The notes: generated from the sequence alone by a model not told the origin. A stretch of DNA of 36,171 nucleotides from an uncultured bacterium (GCA_963923625.1 CAWUMZ010000003.1:1-36171), one strand, 5' to 3'; shown: positions 1-10,858, counted from the first letter of the stretch. Program-made: numbers and translations.

Positions 1-83
1 AGCAAGCAGCCCATGGCATCGAGGTACATGTCCGCGCTCCCCGCGACGACGACGGTGATTGTGCGGTGCTCAACGGCAGCCAT
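1..83 (-). CDS. 5' end (partial) of a probable response-regulator-like protein with an atypical receiver N-terminus
   Basis: Not in the ORF track. Minus strand reads GGAGGT (96-91), 7 nt, ATG at 83, then MAAVEHRTITVVVAGSADMYLDAMGCL off the window edge. The pattern resembles receiver beta1-alpha1 (IxVVIADDHxxxxxGLxxLL) without the acidic DD pair. Confidence 0.5.
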   Translation of the reverse strand, partial: MAAVEHRTITVVVAGSADMYLDAMGCL

Positions 84-194
84 CACATCTACCTCCGTTA
101 CGAACTTGCTCGCCCGGTCCCCCTCGGCCAGGAGGCTGAGGCTTCGTCGGGCGATCCTCGTGTACCGGATGGATCGTTCCGTCCGGTATGCGAC

Positions 195-222
195 AGCCTA
201 CCCGTAGTCACCCGCAATGCAA
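195..222 (-). promoter_or_regulatory. Putative sigma70-type promoter for the leftward regulator-like gene
   Basis: Minus strand TTGCAT (222-217), 16 nt, TAGGCT (200-195). Confidence 0.35.
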
Positions 223-317
223 CGGAAATCCGTGATTCGGAGGGGTTCCCGCACACCGTCTGCGGCAAACCCGCAGAGGTTCCGGGGGCCTACGTACCCC
301 GCCCATACGGTGCTGGC

Positions 318-1616
318 ATGAGGCGCTTCGCCGCCATCCTCGCGCTCGTCCTCGCTGCGCTTGCCGCCGCACCCGGCGCCGGCGCGGGGACACCCGAGCA
401 GGATCTCGCGTGGCTCAACGCCAAACGCGCCTCGAGCGGCATCCCCGGCGACATCACCCTCAACGCCGACTGGTCCGCGCAATGCGCCCAGCACCTCGCC
501 TACATGAAGGCCACCGGCACCGTCAGCCATGCCGAAGACCCCGCCAACCCCAGCTACACCACCACCGGCAACTGGGCCGGCACCCACGCCGTCCTCGCCG
601 CCGGCCTCACCTGGACCGAAAGCGACTTCATCTGGGAATCTGCACCGCTGCACCTCGCGCAGCTCCTCGCTCCCCAGCTCGCCGCCACCGGCATCGCCGA
701 CGACGGCCAATCCGTATGCGTCACCACCTGGCCCGGCTACACACGCGCCCTCCCCGCGACCGATACCGTCGTCACCTACCCCGGCAACGGCACCAGCATC
801 TACGCGAGCGAGATCTCCGCCGAATCGCCGATCACGCCGAGCCAGGCACTCGGCCTGAGCGGACCGACCGGGCCGCACCTCTACGTCTACCAGTGGGGGC
901 CTGCACTCCTGACGGGCGTCACGCCGGACGGACGCCCGATCCACATCTCGGCGGCGACGCTGACCGGCCCCGACGGGCCCGTCGCGGTGAAGTGGGCCGA
1001 CACGATGAACCCGGTCGTCGGGCGCTACCTCACAGATGCCTCGGGGATCATCATCCCGGTCGCCCCCTTGACCGCGAACGCCGTCTACTACGCGTCCGTG
1101 GCCTTCAGCAACGGCATCTCATACAGCTGGGGATTCACCACGCGGGTGAACCCGGAGAGCCTCGCGCTCCGGAATGTGCGGTTCGGCATCCGCCGCACAT
1201 CGCGCTCGCGCACGTGCACCCACCGGCATGGTCAGCGGTGCGTCAGGTGGCGCACGCGGTACGTCGCGGCGATCGAGATGCACGGGCGGTACGTCAACGA
1301 TGACGCGGACGCGGACGCGGAAGATGGCGCCAGCTCCGTCGGAGCCACGTTCAACGCCGTCCAGCGCCCGCAGGCGCCGATCGGCGCAGATGGGCGCTTC
1401 CACGCGATCTACACGCTCATCTCCCGTTCGCGCCGATTCACGCTGAGCGTGATCCTCACCGCCGGCGACGACGTCGCGGCCTTCCGTCTGCGCATTCGGA
1501 TCTCATCCGACGGAAAGCACCCGACGGCCCAGGTCTTCGGCGTCCAGCGGCTCCCAGCCGGCAGGCTGGCCGGTGCGCCGGGCGTGCGCATCCCGCCGCC
1601 CGCGCGCCAGCCATGA
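318..1616 (+). CDS. Secreted CAP/SCP-like domain protein with Ig-like and basic C-terminal domains (paralog 1, ~432 aa)
   Basis: ATG 318 gives a signal peptide (MRRFAAILALVLAALAAAPGAGA). CAP-like motifs LNAKRASSGIP, CAQHLAYM..TGTVSHAE and SAPLHLAQLL follow. TACGGT lies 6 nt before the ATG (leaderless-type start). Confidence 0.7.
   Translation: MRRFAAILALVLAALAAAPGAGAGTPEQDLAWLNAKRASSGIPGDITLNADWSAQCAQHLAYMKATGTVSHAEDPANPSYTTTGNWAGTHAVLAAGLTWTESDFIWESAPLHLAQLLAPQLAATGIADDGQSVCVTTWPGYTRALPATDTVVTYPGNGTSIYASEISAESPITPSQALGLSGPTGPHLYVYQWGPALLTGVTPDGRPIHISAATLTGPDGPVAVKWADTMNPVVGRYLTDASGIIIPVAPLTANAVYYASVAFSNGISYSWGFTTRVNPESLALRNVRFGIRRTSRSRTCTHRHGQRCVRWRTRYVAAIEMHGRYVNDDADADAEDGASSVGATFNAVQRPQAPIGADGRFHAIYTLISRSRRFTLSVILTAGDDVAAFRLRIRISSDGKHPTAQVFGVQRLPAGRLAGAPGVRIPPPARQP
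397..900 (+). repeat. Direct repeat copy 1 (CAP-domain coding segment), paired with 1831-2334
   Basis: Gap-free alignment at offset 1434. By eye, about 23 mismatches in the first ~330 nt, mostly at synonymous third positions. Confidence 0.9.
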
Positions 1617-1736
1617 CCCGCTGATCACCGGCGGTGTTCCGAGACCCGGCCGCCTTCGGCTTGGCCGCGCAACTGCTTCGGGTGAGCCGCAGAGTTCCCG
1701 CGGGCTCCACCGGCGCGCGGTACCGTGGTTTCCGAC

Positions 1737-2921
1737 ATGGCGCATCGGGTCGCACTACGGATACTCGCGTCGCTGGTCACCCTGGCGGTGATCGCGATCC
1801 TCCCGGTCGCATCCCTCGGCGCCGACGCGCAGCAGGATCTCGCGTGGCTCAACGCCAAGCGCGCCTCGAGCGGCATCCCCGGCGACATCACCCTCAACGC
1901 CGACTGGTCCGCCCAATGCGCCCAGCACCTCGCGTACATGCAGGCCACCGGTACCGTCAGCCACGCAGAGGATCCCGCAAACCCCAGCTACACCGAAACC
2001 GGAAACTGGGCGGGCACCAACGCCGTCCTCGCCGCCGGCCTCACCTGGACCGAGAGCGACTTCATCTGGGAGACCGCGCCACTGCACCTCGCGCAGCTGC
2101 TCGCTCCCCAGCTCGCCGCCACCGGCATCGCCGACGACGGCCAATCCGTATGCGTCACGACACTGCCCGGCTACACCCGTGCGGCACCGGCCGTCGACTC
2201 CGTCGTCACCTACCCGGGCAACGGCACCGGCATCTACCCGAGCGAGACCTCCGCCGAATGGCCGACCACACCCGCGGCGGCGCTCGGACTCAACGGCCCC
2301 ACCGGACCGCACCTCTACGTCTACCAGTGGGGCCCCTCGTCGGCGGATGGCATCGACGCCGCCGGCCACCTGATCGGCATCGCCGCCGCGACGCTGACGG
2401 GACCGAGCGGTCCCGTGGCGGCCCGCTGGGTCGATGCGGCCGATCCCGTCGTCGGTCGCTATCTGCCGAGCGGGTCGGGGATCGTCATCCCCGACGCACC
2501 GCTGCAGTCCAACACGGCCTACACAGCGACCGTGCGGTTCTCGAACGGCGTCTCGCACGTGTGGGCGTTCACGACCGCGACCGCCGACGATGGCATCCCC
2601 ATCAGCGACGTGCGCATCTCGACGGGACGAACTGCGCGTCGCTGCACCGGACGGCCCGTCGGCCCATGCACGAAGCGGTCGGGCGGCGCGCGACGCGCGG
2701 TGACCGTGCGCGGTCGCTACGGCAGCCTCGGCAACGAGGAGGTCCGCATTCGGATCCGCAACGGCGCATCGCGACTGACGCGCACAGGTGCCGACGGGCG
2801 CTTCGCGGCGATCATCGGCATACGGCCCCCCGCAGGCGGTGCGCCGCTGACCGTCACCATCGACGTCGGCGACAATGCCGCCGCGTATGCCGTGCCGCTC
2901 AGCGCGGCATATCGGCACTGA
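1737..2921 (+). CDS. Secreted CAP/SCP-like domain protein (paralog 2, ~394 aa)
   Basis: Signal peptide MAHRVALRILASLVTLAVIAILPVASLGA. The CAP segment is near-identical to paralog 1; the C-terminus is homologous but diverged (GADGRFxAI, GDxxAA[F/Y]). Confidence 0.7.
   Translation: MAHRVALRILASLVTLAVIAILPVASLGADAQQDLAWLNAKRASSGIPGDITLNADWSAQCAQHLAYMQATGTVSHAEDPANPSYTETGNWAGTNAVLAAGLTWTESDFIWETAPLHLAQLLAPQLAATGIADDGQSVCVTTLPGYTRAAPAVDSVVTYPGNGTGIYPSETSAEWPTTPAAALGLNGPTGPHLYVYQWGPSSADGIDAAGHLIGIAAATLTGPSGPVAARWVDAADPVVGRYLPSGSGIVIPDAPLQSNTAYTATVRFSNGVSHVWAFTTATADDGIPISDVRISTGRTARRCTGRPVGPCTKRSGGARRAVTVRGRYGSLGNEEVRIRIRNGASRLTRTGADGRFAAIIGIRPPAGGAPLTVTIDVGDNAAAYAVPLSAAYRH
1831..2334 (+). repeat. 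Direct repeat copy 2 (CAP-domain coding segment), paired with 397-900
   Basis: Both copies begin agcaggatctcgcgtggctcaacgccaa and end near cacctctacgtctaccagtgggg. Confidence 0.9.
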
Positions 2922-2924
2922 CGG

Positions 2925-3833
2925 CTACGACGCGGCCGAGGCGCCGACGAACTTCGCCGGATCCTCGAGGAAGCGGCCCTTGCAGCCGTTGCAGCTGAAG
3001 AAGTACGTCGTGCCCTCGTACTCCGCCGACGGCGTGGTCTCGTCCACGAGGATCTCGGAGCCCGACGTCGGGTCGATCGCGGTGCGCGGGCCGGCGGCCT
3101 GGGCGGCGCGGGTGCGCTGCACGATGCCGGCGACAACCGCGAGCGCGATCTCCTCCTGCGTGACCTCCCCGAGCTCGACGCCCGGGCGGGTGTCGATCGT
3201 GGCGATCCGCTCCTCGGCGACCTTGCGCTCGCGGAGCAGCTCGAGCGCCGCGTGCGCCCGCTTACGCGAGGCGATCAGGGAGACCGTGGCCGGGTCGTGC
3301 CCGAGCGCGAGCTCGAGCGCGTCCTCGTCGTAGTGCCCCATCGAGGCCACGACGATGTTGGCCTTCGGCTCGATGCCCGCGTCGTCGATCCCCTTGCGGC
3401 CGTCGATCAGCAGCACGCGATGCCCGATCGCCTCGCCGATCGAGGCGACCGCGTTCGCCACCGGCGTATGGCCGATGACGACGAGCTGCGGAGTCGGCAC
3501 GACCGGCTCGAGGAAGATGTCCACGGTCCCTCCCGAGGGGCAGGTGGTGGTGAGGCCCGTCACGCCGCTCGGCGGGAGCAGGTCCTCCGGGCCGATCCGG
3601 AGCAGCTCCGTCTCGCCCGTCTGCAGTGCGCGGCGCGCGTGACGCACCACGTTCGGCTCGGAGCACGAGCCGCCGATCCAGCCCTCGACACGGCCATCCG
3701 GAAACACGATGGCCTTCGCGCCGGGCCGGACCGAGGCTGGTGCCTCGGCCCGGACCACGGTCGCGAGCACGTACGGCTGCCCCTGGAGGGCCAGGTCTGC
3801 CGCCGAGCGTGCGATGTCGAGCGTGCGCTTCAC
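2925..3833 (-). CDS. XdhC/CoxF/CoxI-family molybdoenzyme maturation protein with C-terminal YHS/TRASH-like domain (~302 aa)
   Basis: GTG start 19 nt after the coxL stop. XdhC motifs LATVVRAEAPASVRPGAKA, GWIGGSC, TCPSGGTVDIFLEP and VVASMGHYDE. C-terminal AIDPTSGSEI...YEGTTYFFSCNGCKGRFLEDPAKF is YHS-like. Confidence 0.85.
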   Translation of the reverse strand: MKRTLDIARSAADLALQGQPYVLATVVRAEAPASVRPGAKAIVFPDGRVEGWIGGSCSEPNVVRHARRALQTGETELLRIGPEDLLPPSGVTGLTTTCPSGGTVDIFLEPVVPTPQLVVIGHTPVANAVASIGEAIGHRVLLIDGRKGIDDAGIEPKANIVVASMGHYDEDALELALGHDPATVSLIASRKRAHAALELLRERKVAEERIATIDTRPGVELGEVTQEEIALAVVAGIVQRTRAAQAAGPRTAIDPTSGSEILVDETTPSAEYEGTTYFFSCNGCKGRFLEDPAKFVGASAAS

Positions 3834-3852
3834 GTTCCCAGTATCCGTCCGA

Positions 3853-6215
<2,363 letters not shown>

Positions 6216-6219
<4 letters not shown>

Positions 6220-6701
6220 GCTGCCGCCCCTTCCTTCTTCTTGGCCGCGTAGTGCACGGCCTTGATGATGTTGACGTAGCCGGTGCAGCGGCAGAGATTG
6301 CCGCTGATGGCCTTGCGGATCTCGTCCTCGGTCGGATCCGGGTTCTCCGCGAGCAGCGCCGTGACGGTCATCATCATGCCCGGCGTGCAGTAGCCGCAGT
6401 GGAGACCGTGCTCCTCCTTGAAGCCCTCCTGGACGGGCGACAGGCCGTCGGCGCCCTCGAGGCCCTCGACGGTCATGAGCTCGCGGCCGTTCGCCTGGAC
6501 GGCGAGCACCGTGCACGACTTGACCGGACGGCCGTCGAGCAGCACCGTGCAGGCGCCGCACGAGGTGGTGTCGCAGCCGATGTGCGTGCCCGTCAGGTGC
6601 AGGCTCTCGCGGATCATGTGGACGAGCAGCGTGCGCGGCTCGACCATCGCCTCGCACTCCTCGCCGTTGACCGTGGTCTTGACGATCACCTTGTCGCTCA
6701 T
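6216..6701 (-). CDS. coxS: CO dehydrogenase small subunit (2x[2Fe-2S])
   Basis: [12 protein letters not shown]...KSC and CGYCTPG...GNLCRCTGY motifs. SD AAGGAGG. Start ATG 6701 (GTG 6704 is an alternative). Confidence 0.95.
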
Positions 6702-7579
6702 CACGCCTCCTTGCCCTGGGCGCGAGCGCCCGCCGTGCGGAGCGCGCGCTTCGTCAGCACGCGCACGAGATCCCGCTTGTACTCCTCCGGACCGCGCAGG
6801 TCGCTGCTCGGCTCGGAGACCTCGGCCGCCAGGCGGCCGGCCTCCTCGAGGGCGGCCGCGTCGTCGATCGACTTGCCGACGAGCGATGCAGCGGCATCGG
6901 CGGCGTGGATCGTCAGCGGGCCGACGTTGGTGAGGCCGATCGAGGCCTCGGTCACCGTCGTGCCGTCGAGCACGACCATCACGCCGACCGCGGCGGCGGC
7001 GTAGTCGCCGACCTTGCGCTCGACCTTCAGGTACGCGGAGCCCTGCCCGGCCTTCGGAGCGGGGATGCGCGCCTCGACGAGGATCTGGTCGGTGCCCAGC
7101 TGCGTCTCGAACATCGACGTCTGGAAGTCGTGGGCGCTGTGCGTGACCGCGCCGTTCGGGCCGACGGCATGCAGCTCGGCGCCGAGCGTGGCCGCGACGG
7201 TCGCCCAGTCACCGGCCGGATCGCCGTGCGCCAGCGAGCCGCAGAACGTGCCGCGATTGCGGATCAGCGGGTCGGCGACGTGCTGGGCCGCGTCGTGGAT
7301 GATCGGGTAGCGATCGCGGACCAGATCCGAGTGCTCGAGATCGGCGTGCCGGACGAGGGCGCCGATGCGCAGCATCCCGTCCGCCTCCTCGAGCGTGTCG
7401 AGACCCGCGATCCCGTTGAGGTCGATGATCGTGCCCGGGCTCGCGAGCCGGAGCTTCATCATCGGCAGGAGGCTCTGGCCCCCGGCCATGACCTTGGCGT
7501 CACCGGCTCCCGCCGCGAGCGCCTGCACGGCCTCGTCGAGCGAGGTCGGTGCGACATATTCGAACGTGCTTGGCAGCAC
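6701..7579 (-). CDS. coxM: CO dehydrogenase medium (FAD) subunit
   Basis: [58 protein letters not shown] and DLRGPEEYK motifs; coxMSL gene order. Confidence 0.95.
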   Translation of the reverse strand: MLPSTFEYVAPTSLDEAVQALAAGAGDAKVMAGGQSLLPMMKLRLASPGTIIDLNGIAGLDTLEEADGMLRIGALVRHADLEHSDLVRDRYPIIHDAAQHVADPLIRNRGTFCGSLAHGDPAGDWATVAATLGAELHAVGPNGAVTHSAHDFQTSMFETQLGTDQILVEARIPAPKAGQGSAYLKVERKVGDYAAAAVGVMVVLDGTTVTEASIGLTNVGPLTIHAADAAASLVGKSIDDAAALEEAGRLAAEVSEPSSDLRGPEEYKRDLVRVLTKRALRTAGARAQGKEA

Positions 7580-7635
7580 CCTTCTCCCCTTTCACGACCG
7601 GTGCCCCGGCGGGGCTCCGGGTCCTTCCTCCGTGC

Positions 7636-8220
7636 TCAGTCCTTGGAGCCGCCGAAGAGGCTCTTGATCTTGCCCTTGGTGATGTCGGCGGCGATGCCCA
7701 CCGCGCTCGGGGCCTCGGCGGCCACCGACTCCGGCGGCGCCTCACCGCGCGCCTTGGCCTCGGCACCGGCGACGAGCGTCGCCTCCATCGCCTTGGCCAT
7801 CTCGCCGATCATCTTGCCGGCGACGTCCGTCATGATCCCGCGCCCCATCTGGGCGACGCGGCCGGTCACCAGGATGTCGGAGCCGACCTTCACGTTGGTC
7901 TTGCCCGCGCCGGCGTCCGAGATCGCCATCGACAGCGTCGCCTGCGCGGTGCCCTGTCCCTTGGCCTCGGTCGCCTTCGCGCGCATCACCGCGGTCTTGG
8001 CCGCCGGATCCTGCTCGACGATCTCGATGACGCCCTTGTAGGTGAGGCTCATCGGGCCCATCTTCATCGTGACGAGGGCGTCGAAGCCGCCGTCCTCGCG
8101 CTTGCCCGTGATGGTGGCACCGGGGATGCACGGCGCAACGCGCTCGACGTCCGTCATCAGCGCGTACGTGTCGTCCGGTGTCGCGGCGACGTCGAAGTCG
8201 TTCTCGATCACGATGCCCAT
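7636..8220 (-). CDS. coxG: CoxG-family SRPBCC protein (candidate quinone shuttle/membrane link for CODH)
   Basis: DVERVAPCIPGA, KMGPMSLTYKG and TGRVAQMGRG motifs; SD GAGGAG; first gene of the cox operon. Confidence 0.88.
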   Translation of the reverse strand: MGIVIENDFDVAATPDDTYALMTDVERVAPCIPGATITGKREDGGFDALVTMKMGPMSLTYKGVIEIVEQDPAAKTAVMRAKATEAKGQGTAQATLSMAISDAGAGKTNVKVGSDILVTGRVAQMGRGIMTDVAGKMIGEMAKAMEATLVAGAEAKARGEAPPESVAAEAPSAVGIAADITKGKIKSLFGGSKD

Positions 8221-8270
8221 GGCTCTTCTCCTCGATGCCCGGCAGGGGGACGCGCTGCGCCGGGATGGTG

Positions 8271-8299
8271 ATTCTGTGGGAAGCGGTTCGCAAACGCAA
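8271..8299 (-). promoter_or_regulatory. Putative sigma70-type promoter of the cox operon
   Basis: Minus strand TTGCGT (8299-8294), exactly 17 nt, CAGAAT (8276-8271), about 50 nt upstream of the coxG ATG. Confidence 0.45.
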
Positions 8300-8499
8300 G
8301 GGTGACGGATGATCTCGTCGCGAAATCCGAGAATCCGCGGTCACCGCACAGCGTCCGCTCACTGGCGGAGCTGCGGTGAACCCACCGACGTGCCGCCGAT
8401 CGTCCGTTTCCAGGGGAATAGCGATAGGCTGAGAAACGTTGAGTCTGTCAGAAGCAGATATTTCCCGAACGCACCCATCCGTCCCCACGAGGAGCCGCC

Positions 8500-10848
8500 A
8501 TGTCCGACACCCCCGAAACCCCCGAATTCGCACCGCTGACCCTCCCCCTGATCCCGCTCGAGGACGCCCTCGTCCTGCCCGGCATGGCGCTCAGCGTCGA
8601 TCTCGCCTCGCCCGAGGCCAACGCCGCCGTCGACGAGGTCGGAGACGATCGCAAGGTCGTGCTCGTGCCCCGCGTCGACGGCCGCTTCGCCCGCATCGGC
8701 GTGATCGCCGTGCTCGAGGGCGAGCCCGCGATGCTGCCCGGCGGCAGCCGCGGCGTCACCCTGCGCGCCCTCCACCGCGCCGAGCTCGGCCGCGCCGAGG
8801 CCGCCGGCGGCGCGCTGCGCATCGAGGTGACCGAGCGCCCCGACCCCGAGGCCGACGAACATGTGCAGGAGCTCGGCCGCGAGTACCGCGCCGTCGTCGA
8901 GGAGATCCTCGAGGCGCGCGGCAACCGCCCCGTCATCGCGATGCTCCGCCAGGTCGACGAGCCCGGTGCGCTGGCCGACACGGCCGGGTTCTCCCCCGAC
9001 CTCTCCTACGAGCGCAAGCTCGAGCTGCTCGAGACGATCGACGTCGCCGAGCGCCTCACCAAGGTGACCGCGTGGTTGCGCGACGTGCTGGCCGAGATCG
9101 CGGTGCGCGAGCGCATCCGCGAGGACGTCAACGAGGGCATGGAGAAGTCGCAGCGCGAGTTCCTCCTGCGCCGCCAGCTCGACGCGATCCGCAAGGAGCT
9201 CGGCGAGCTCGAGGGCGAGGAGGGCGACGAGATCGCCCGCTACCGCACCAGGATCGACGAGTCGCAGCTGAGCGACGAGGCCCGCAAGGAGGCCACGCGC
9301 GAGCTCGATCGGCTCGAGGCCGGAGCACAGGGGCCCGAGTCGTCGACCATCCGCACCTACCTCGACACGCTGCTCGAGCTGCCGTGGGGCGAGTACTCCG
9401 AGGAGTCCGGCGACGTCCAGGGCGCCCGCGCGATCCTCGACGCCGACCACGCCGGTCTCGATGACGTCAAGGAGCGCATCGTCGAGTACCTCGCCGTGCG
9501 CAAGTTCCGCAAGGAGCGGGAGATCGAGGACGGCAAGAGCGGCGTCATCCTGGCGCTGGTCGGACCGCCCGGCGTCGGCAAAACGTCGCTCGGCGAGTCG
9601 ATCGCGCGTGCGCTCGGCCGCGAGTTCGTCCGCGTGTCGCTCGGCGGCGTGCGCGACGAGGCGGAGATCCGCGGCCATCGCCGCACCTACGTCGGCGCCA
9701 TGCCCGGCCGCTTCGTCCGCGCGCTGCGCGATGCCGGCACGATGAACCCCGTGATCCTGCTCGACGAGGTCGACAAGCTCGGCGCCGACTTCCGCGGCGA
9801 TCCGGCGGCGGCGCTGCTCGAGGTACTCGATCCGGCGCAGAACTCGACGTTCCGCGACCACTACCTCGACGTCGAGATCGACCTGTCGCAGGTGCTGTTC
9901 ATCGCCACGGCCAACATGGCCGACCAGATCCCGTACGCGCTCTACGACCGCCTCGAGGTGCTCGAGCTCGACGGCTACACCGACGACGAGAAGGTCGCGA
10001 TCGCGACCGGCTACCTCGTGCCGCGCCAGCGCACCCGCAATGGCCTGCTCGAGGACGAGGCGACGGTCTCGGAGAGCGCGATCCGCAAGGTGATCCGCGA
10101 GCACACGCGCGAGGCGGGCGTCCGCACGCTCGAGCGAACGCTCGGCACGCTGCTGCGCAAGGCCGCCACGCGCCTCGCCGCCGGCGAGGCCACCGCGCCG
10201 ATCGCGATCGACGTCGAGCAGGTCGACGAGGATCTCGGCCGCGCGAAGTTCCACGACGAGATCGCGGAGCGCACCGGCGTCGCCGGCGTCGCGACCGGCC
10301 TGGCCGTGACGAGCGTCGGTGGCGACGTCCTGTTCGTCGAGGCGTCAAGCCATCCCGGCTCCGGCGGACCGACCCTGACCGGCCAGCTCGGCGACGTCAT
10401 GCGCGAGTCGGCCACGATCGCGCTCAGCCACGTGCGGTCGAACGCCGCGCACTACGGCATCGACAGCCGCCAGTTCGAGGACCGGCAGTTCCACCTGCAC
10501 GTCCCCGCCGGCGCGGTTCCGAAGGATGGTCCGTCCGCGGGCGTCACGATGAGCACCGCGATCGTGTCGCTGCTGACCGGCCGCCACATCCGGCCGAACG
10601 TCGCCATGACCGGCGAGGTGACCCTGCGCGGACGCGTGCTGCCGGTCGGCGGCATCAAGCAGAAGGTCCTGGCCGCGCACCGCGCGGGCATCACCGACGT
10701 GATCATCCCCAAGCGCAACGAGGGCGACCTCGAGGACGTGCCGGCGGAGGTCCTCGCCGAGCTGACCGTCCACCCGGTCGCCACGCTCGAGGAGGCGCTC
10801 GCCGTCTCGCTCGAGCCGAGCGTGCACTGGGAGGAGCTGGCGGTCTAG
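8500..10848 (+). CDS. lon: ATP-dependent Lon protease (endopeptidase La)
   Basis: Walker A GPPGVGKT, RGHRRTYVGAMPG, Walker B ILLDEVDK, catalytic Ser in PKDGPSAG and catalytic Lys in VGGIKQK; SD GAGGAG. Confidence 0.97.
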   Translation: MSDTPETPEFAPLTLPLIPLEDALVLPGMALSVDLASPEANAAVDEVGDDRKVVLVPRVDGRFARIGVIAVLEGEPAMLPGGSRGVTLRALHRAELGRAEAAGGALRIEVTERPDPEADEHVQELGREYRAVVEEILEARGNRPVIAMLRQVDEPGALADTAGFSPDLSYERKLELLETIDVAERLTKVTAWLRDVLAEIAVRERIREDVNEGMEKSQREFLLRRQLDAIRKELGELEGEEGDEIARYRTRIDESQLSDEARKEATRELDRLEAGAQGPESSTIRTYLDTLLELPWGEYSEESGDVQGARAILDADHAGLDDVKERIVEYLAVRKFRKEREIEDGKSGVILALVGPPGVGKTSLGESIARALGREFVRVSLGGVRDEAEIRGHRRTYVGAMPGRFVRALRDAGTMNPVILLDEVDKLGADFRGDPAAALLEVLDPAQNSTFRDHYLDVEIDLSQVLFIATANMADQIPYALYDRLEVLELDGYTDDEKVAIATGYLVPRQRTRNGLLEDEATVSESAIRKVIREHTREAGVRTLERTLGTLLRKAATRLAAGEATAPIAIDVEQVDEDLGRAKFHDEIAERTGVAGVATGLAVTSVGGDVLFVEASSHPGSGGPTLTGQLGDVMRESATIALSHVRSNAAHYGIDSRQFEDRQFHLHVPAGAVPKDGPSAGVTMSTAIVSLLTGRHIRPNVAMTGEVTLRGRVLPVGGIKQKVLAAHRAGITDVIIPKRNEGDLEDVPAEVLAELTVHPVATLEEALAVSLEPSVHWEELAV

Positions 10849-10858
10849 GACACGCGAT

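Noticed and set aside
259-300. c-di-GMP-I riboswitch suggested by GGCAAACC in a hairpin
   Set aside because: It lacks the GNRA-capped P2 and the GACGCAAAG segment, and it lies upstream of the probable -10 of the downstream gene.
66-317. N-terminal extension of the 66..1616 ORF
   Set aside because: It overlaps the divergent gene's start and promoter; the signal peptide and -10 spacing point to ATG 318.
1302-1321. (GACGCG)x3 microsatellite as a phase-variation tract
   Set aside because: Only three in-frame hexamer units encoding a DADADA loop; slippage would not switch the frame.
397-2334. DGR template/variable repeat pair
   Set aside because: Differences are mostly synonymous third-position changes of all base types rather than adenine-specific, both copies are in intact genes, and there is no reverse transcriptase in the window.
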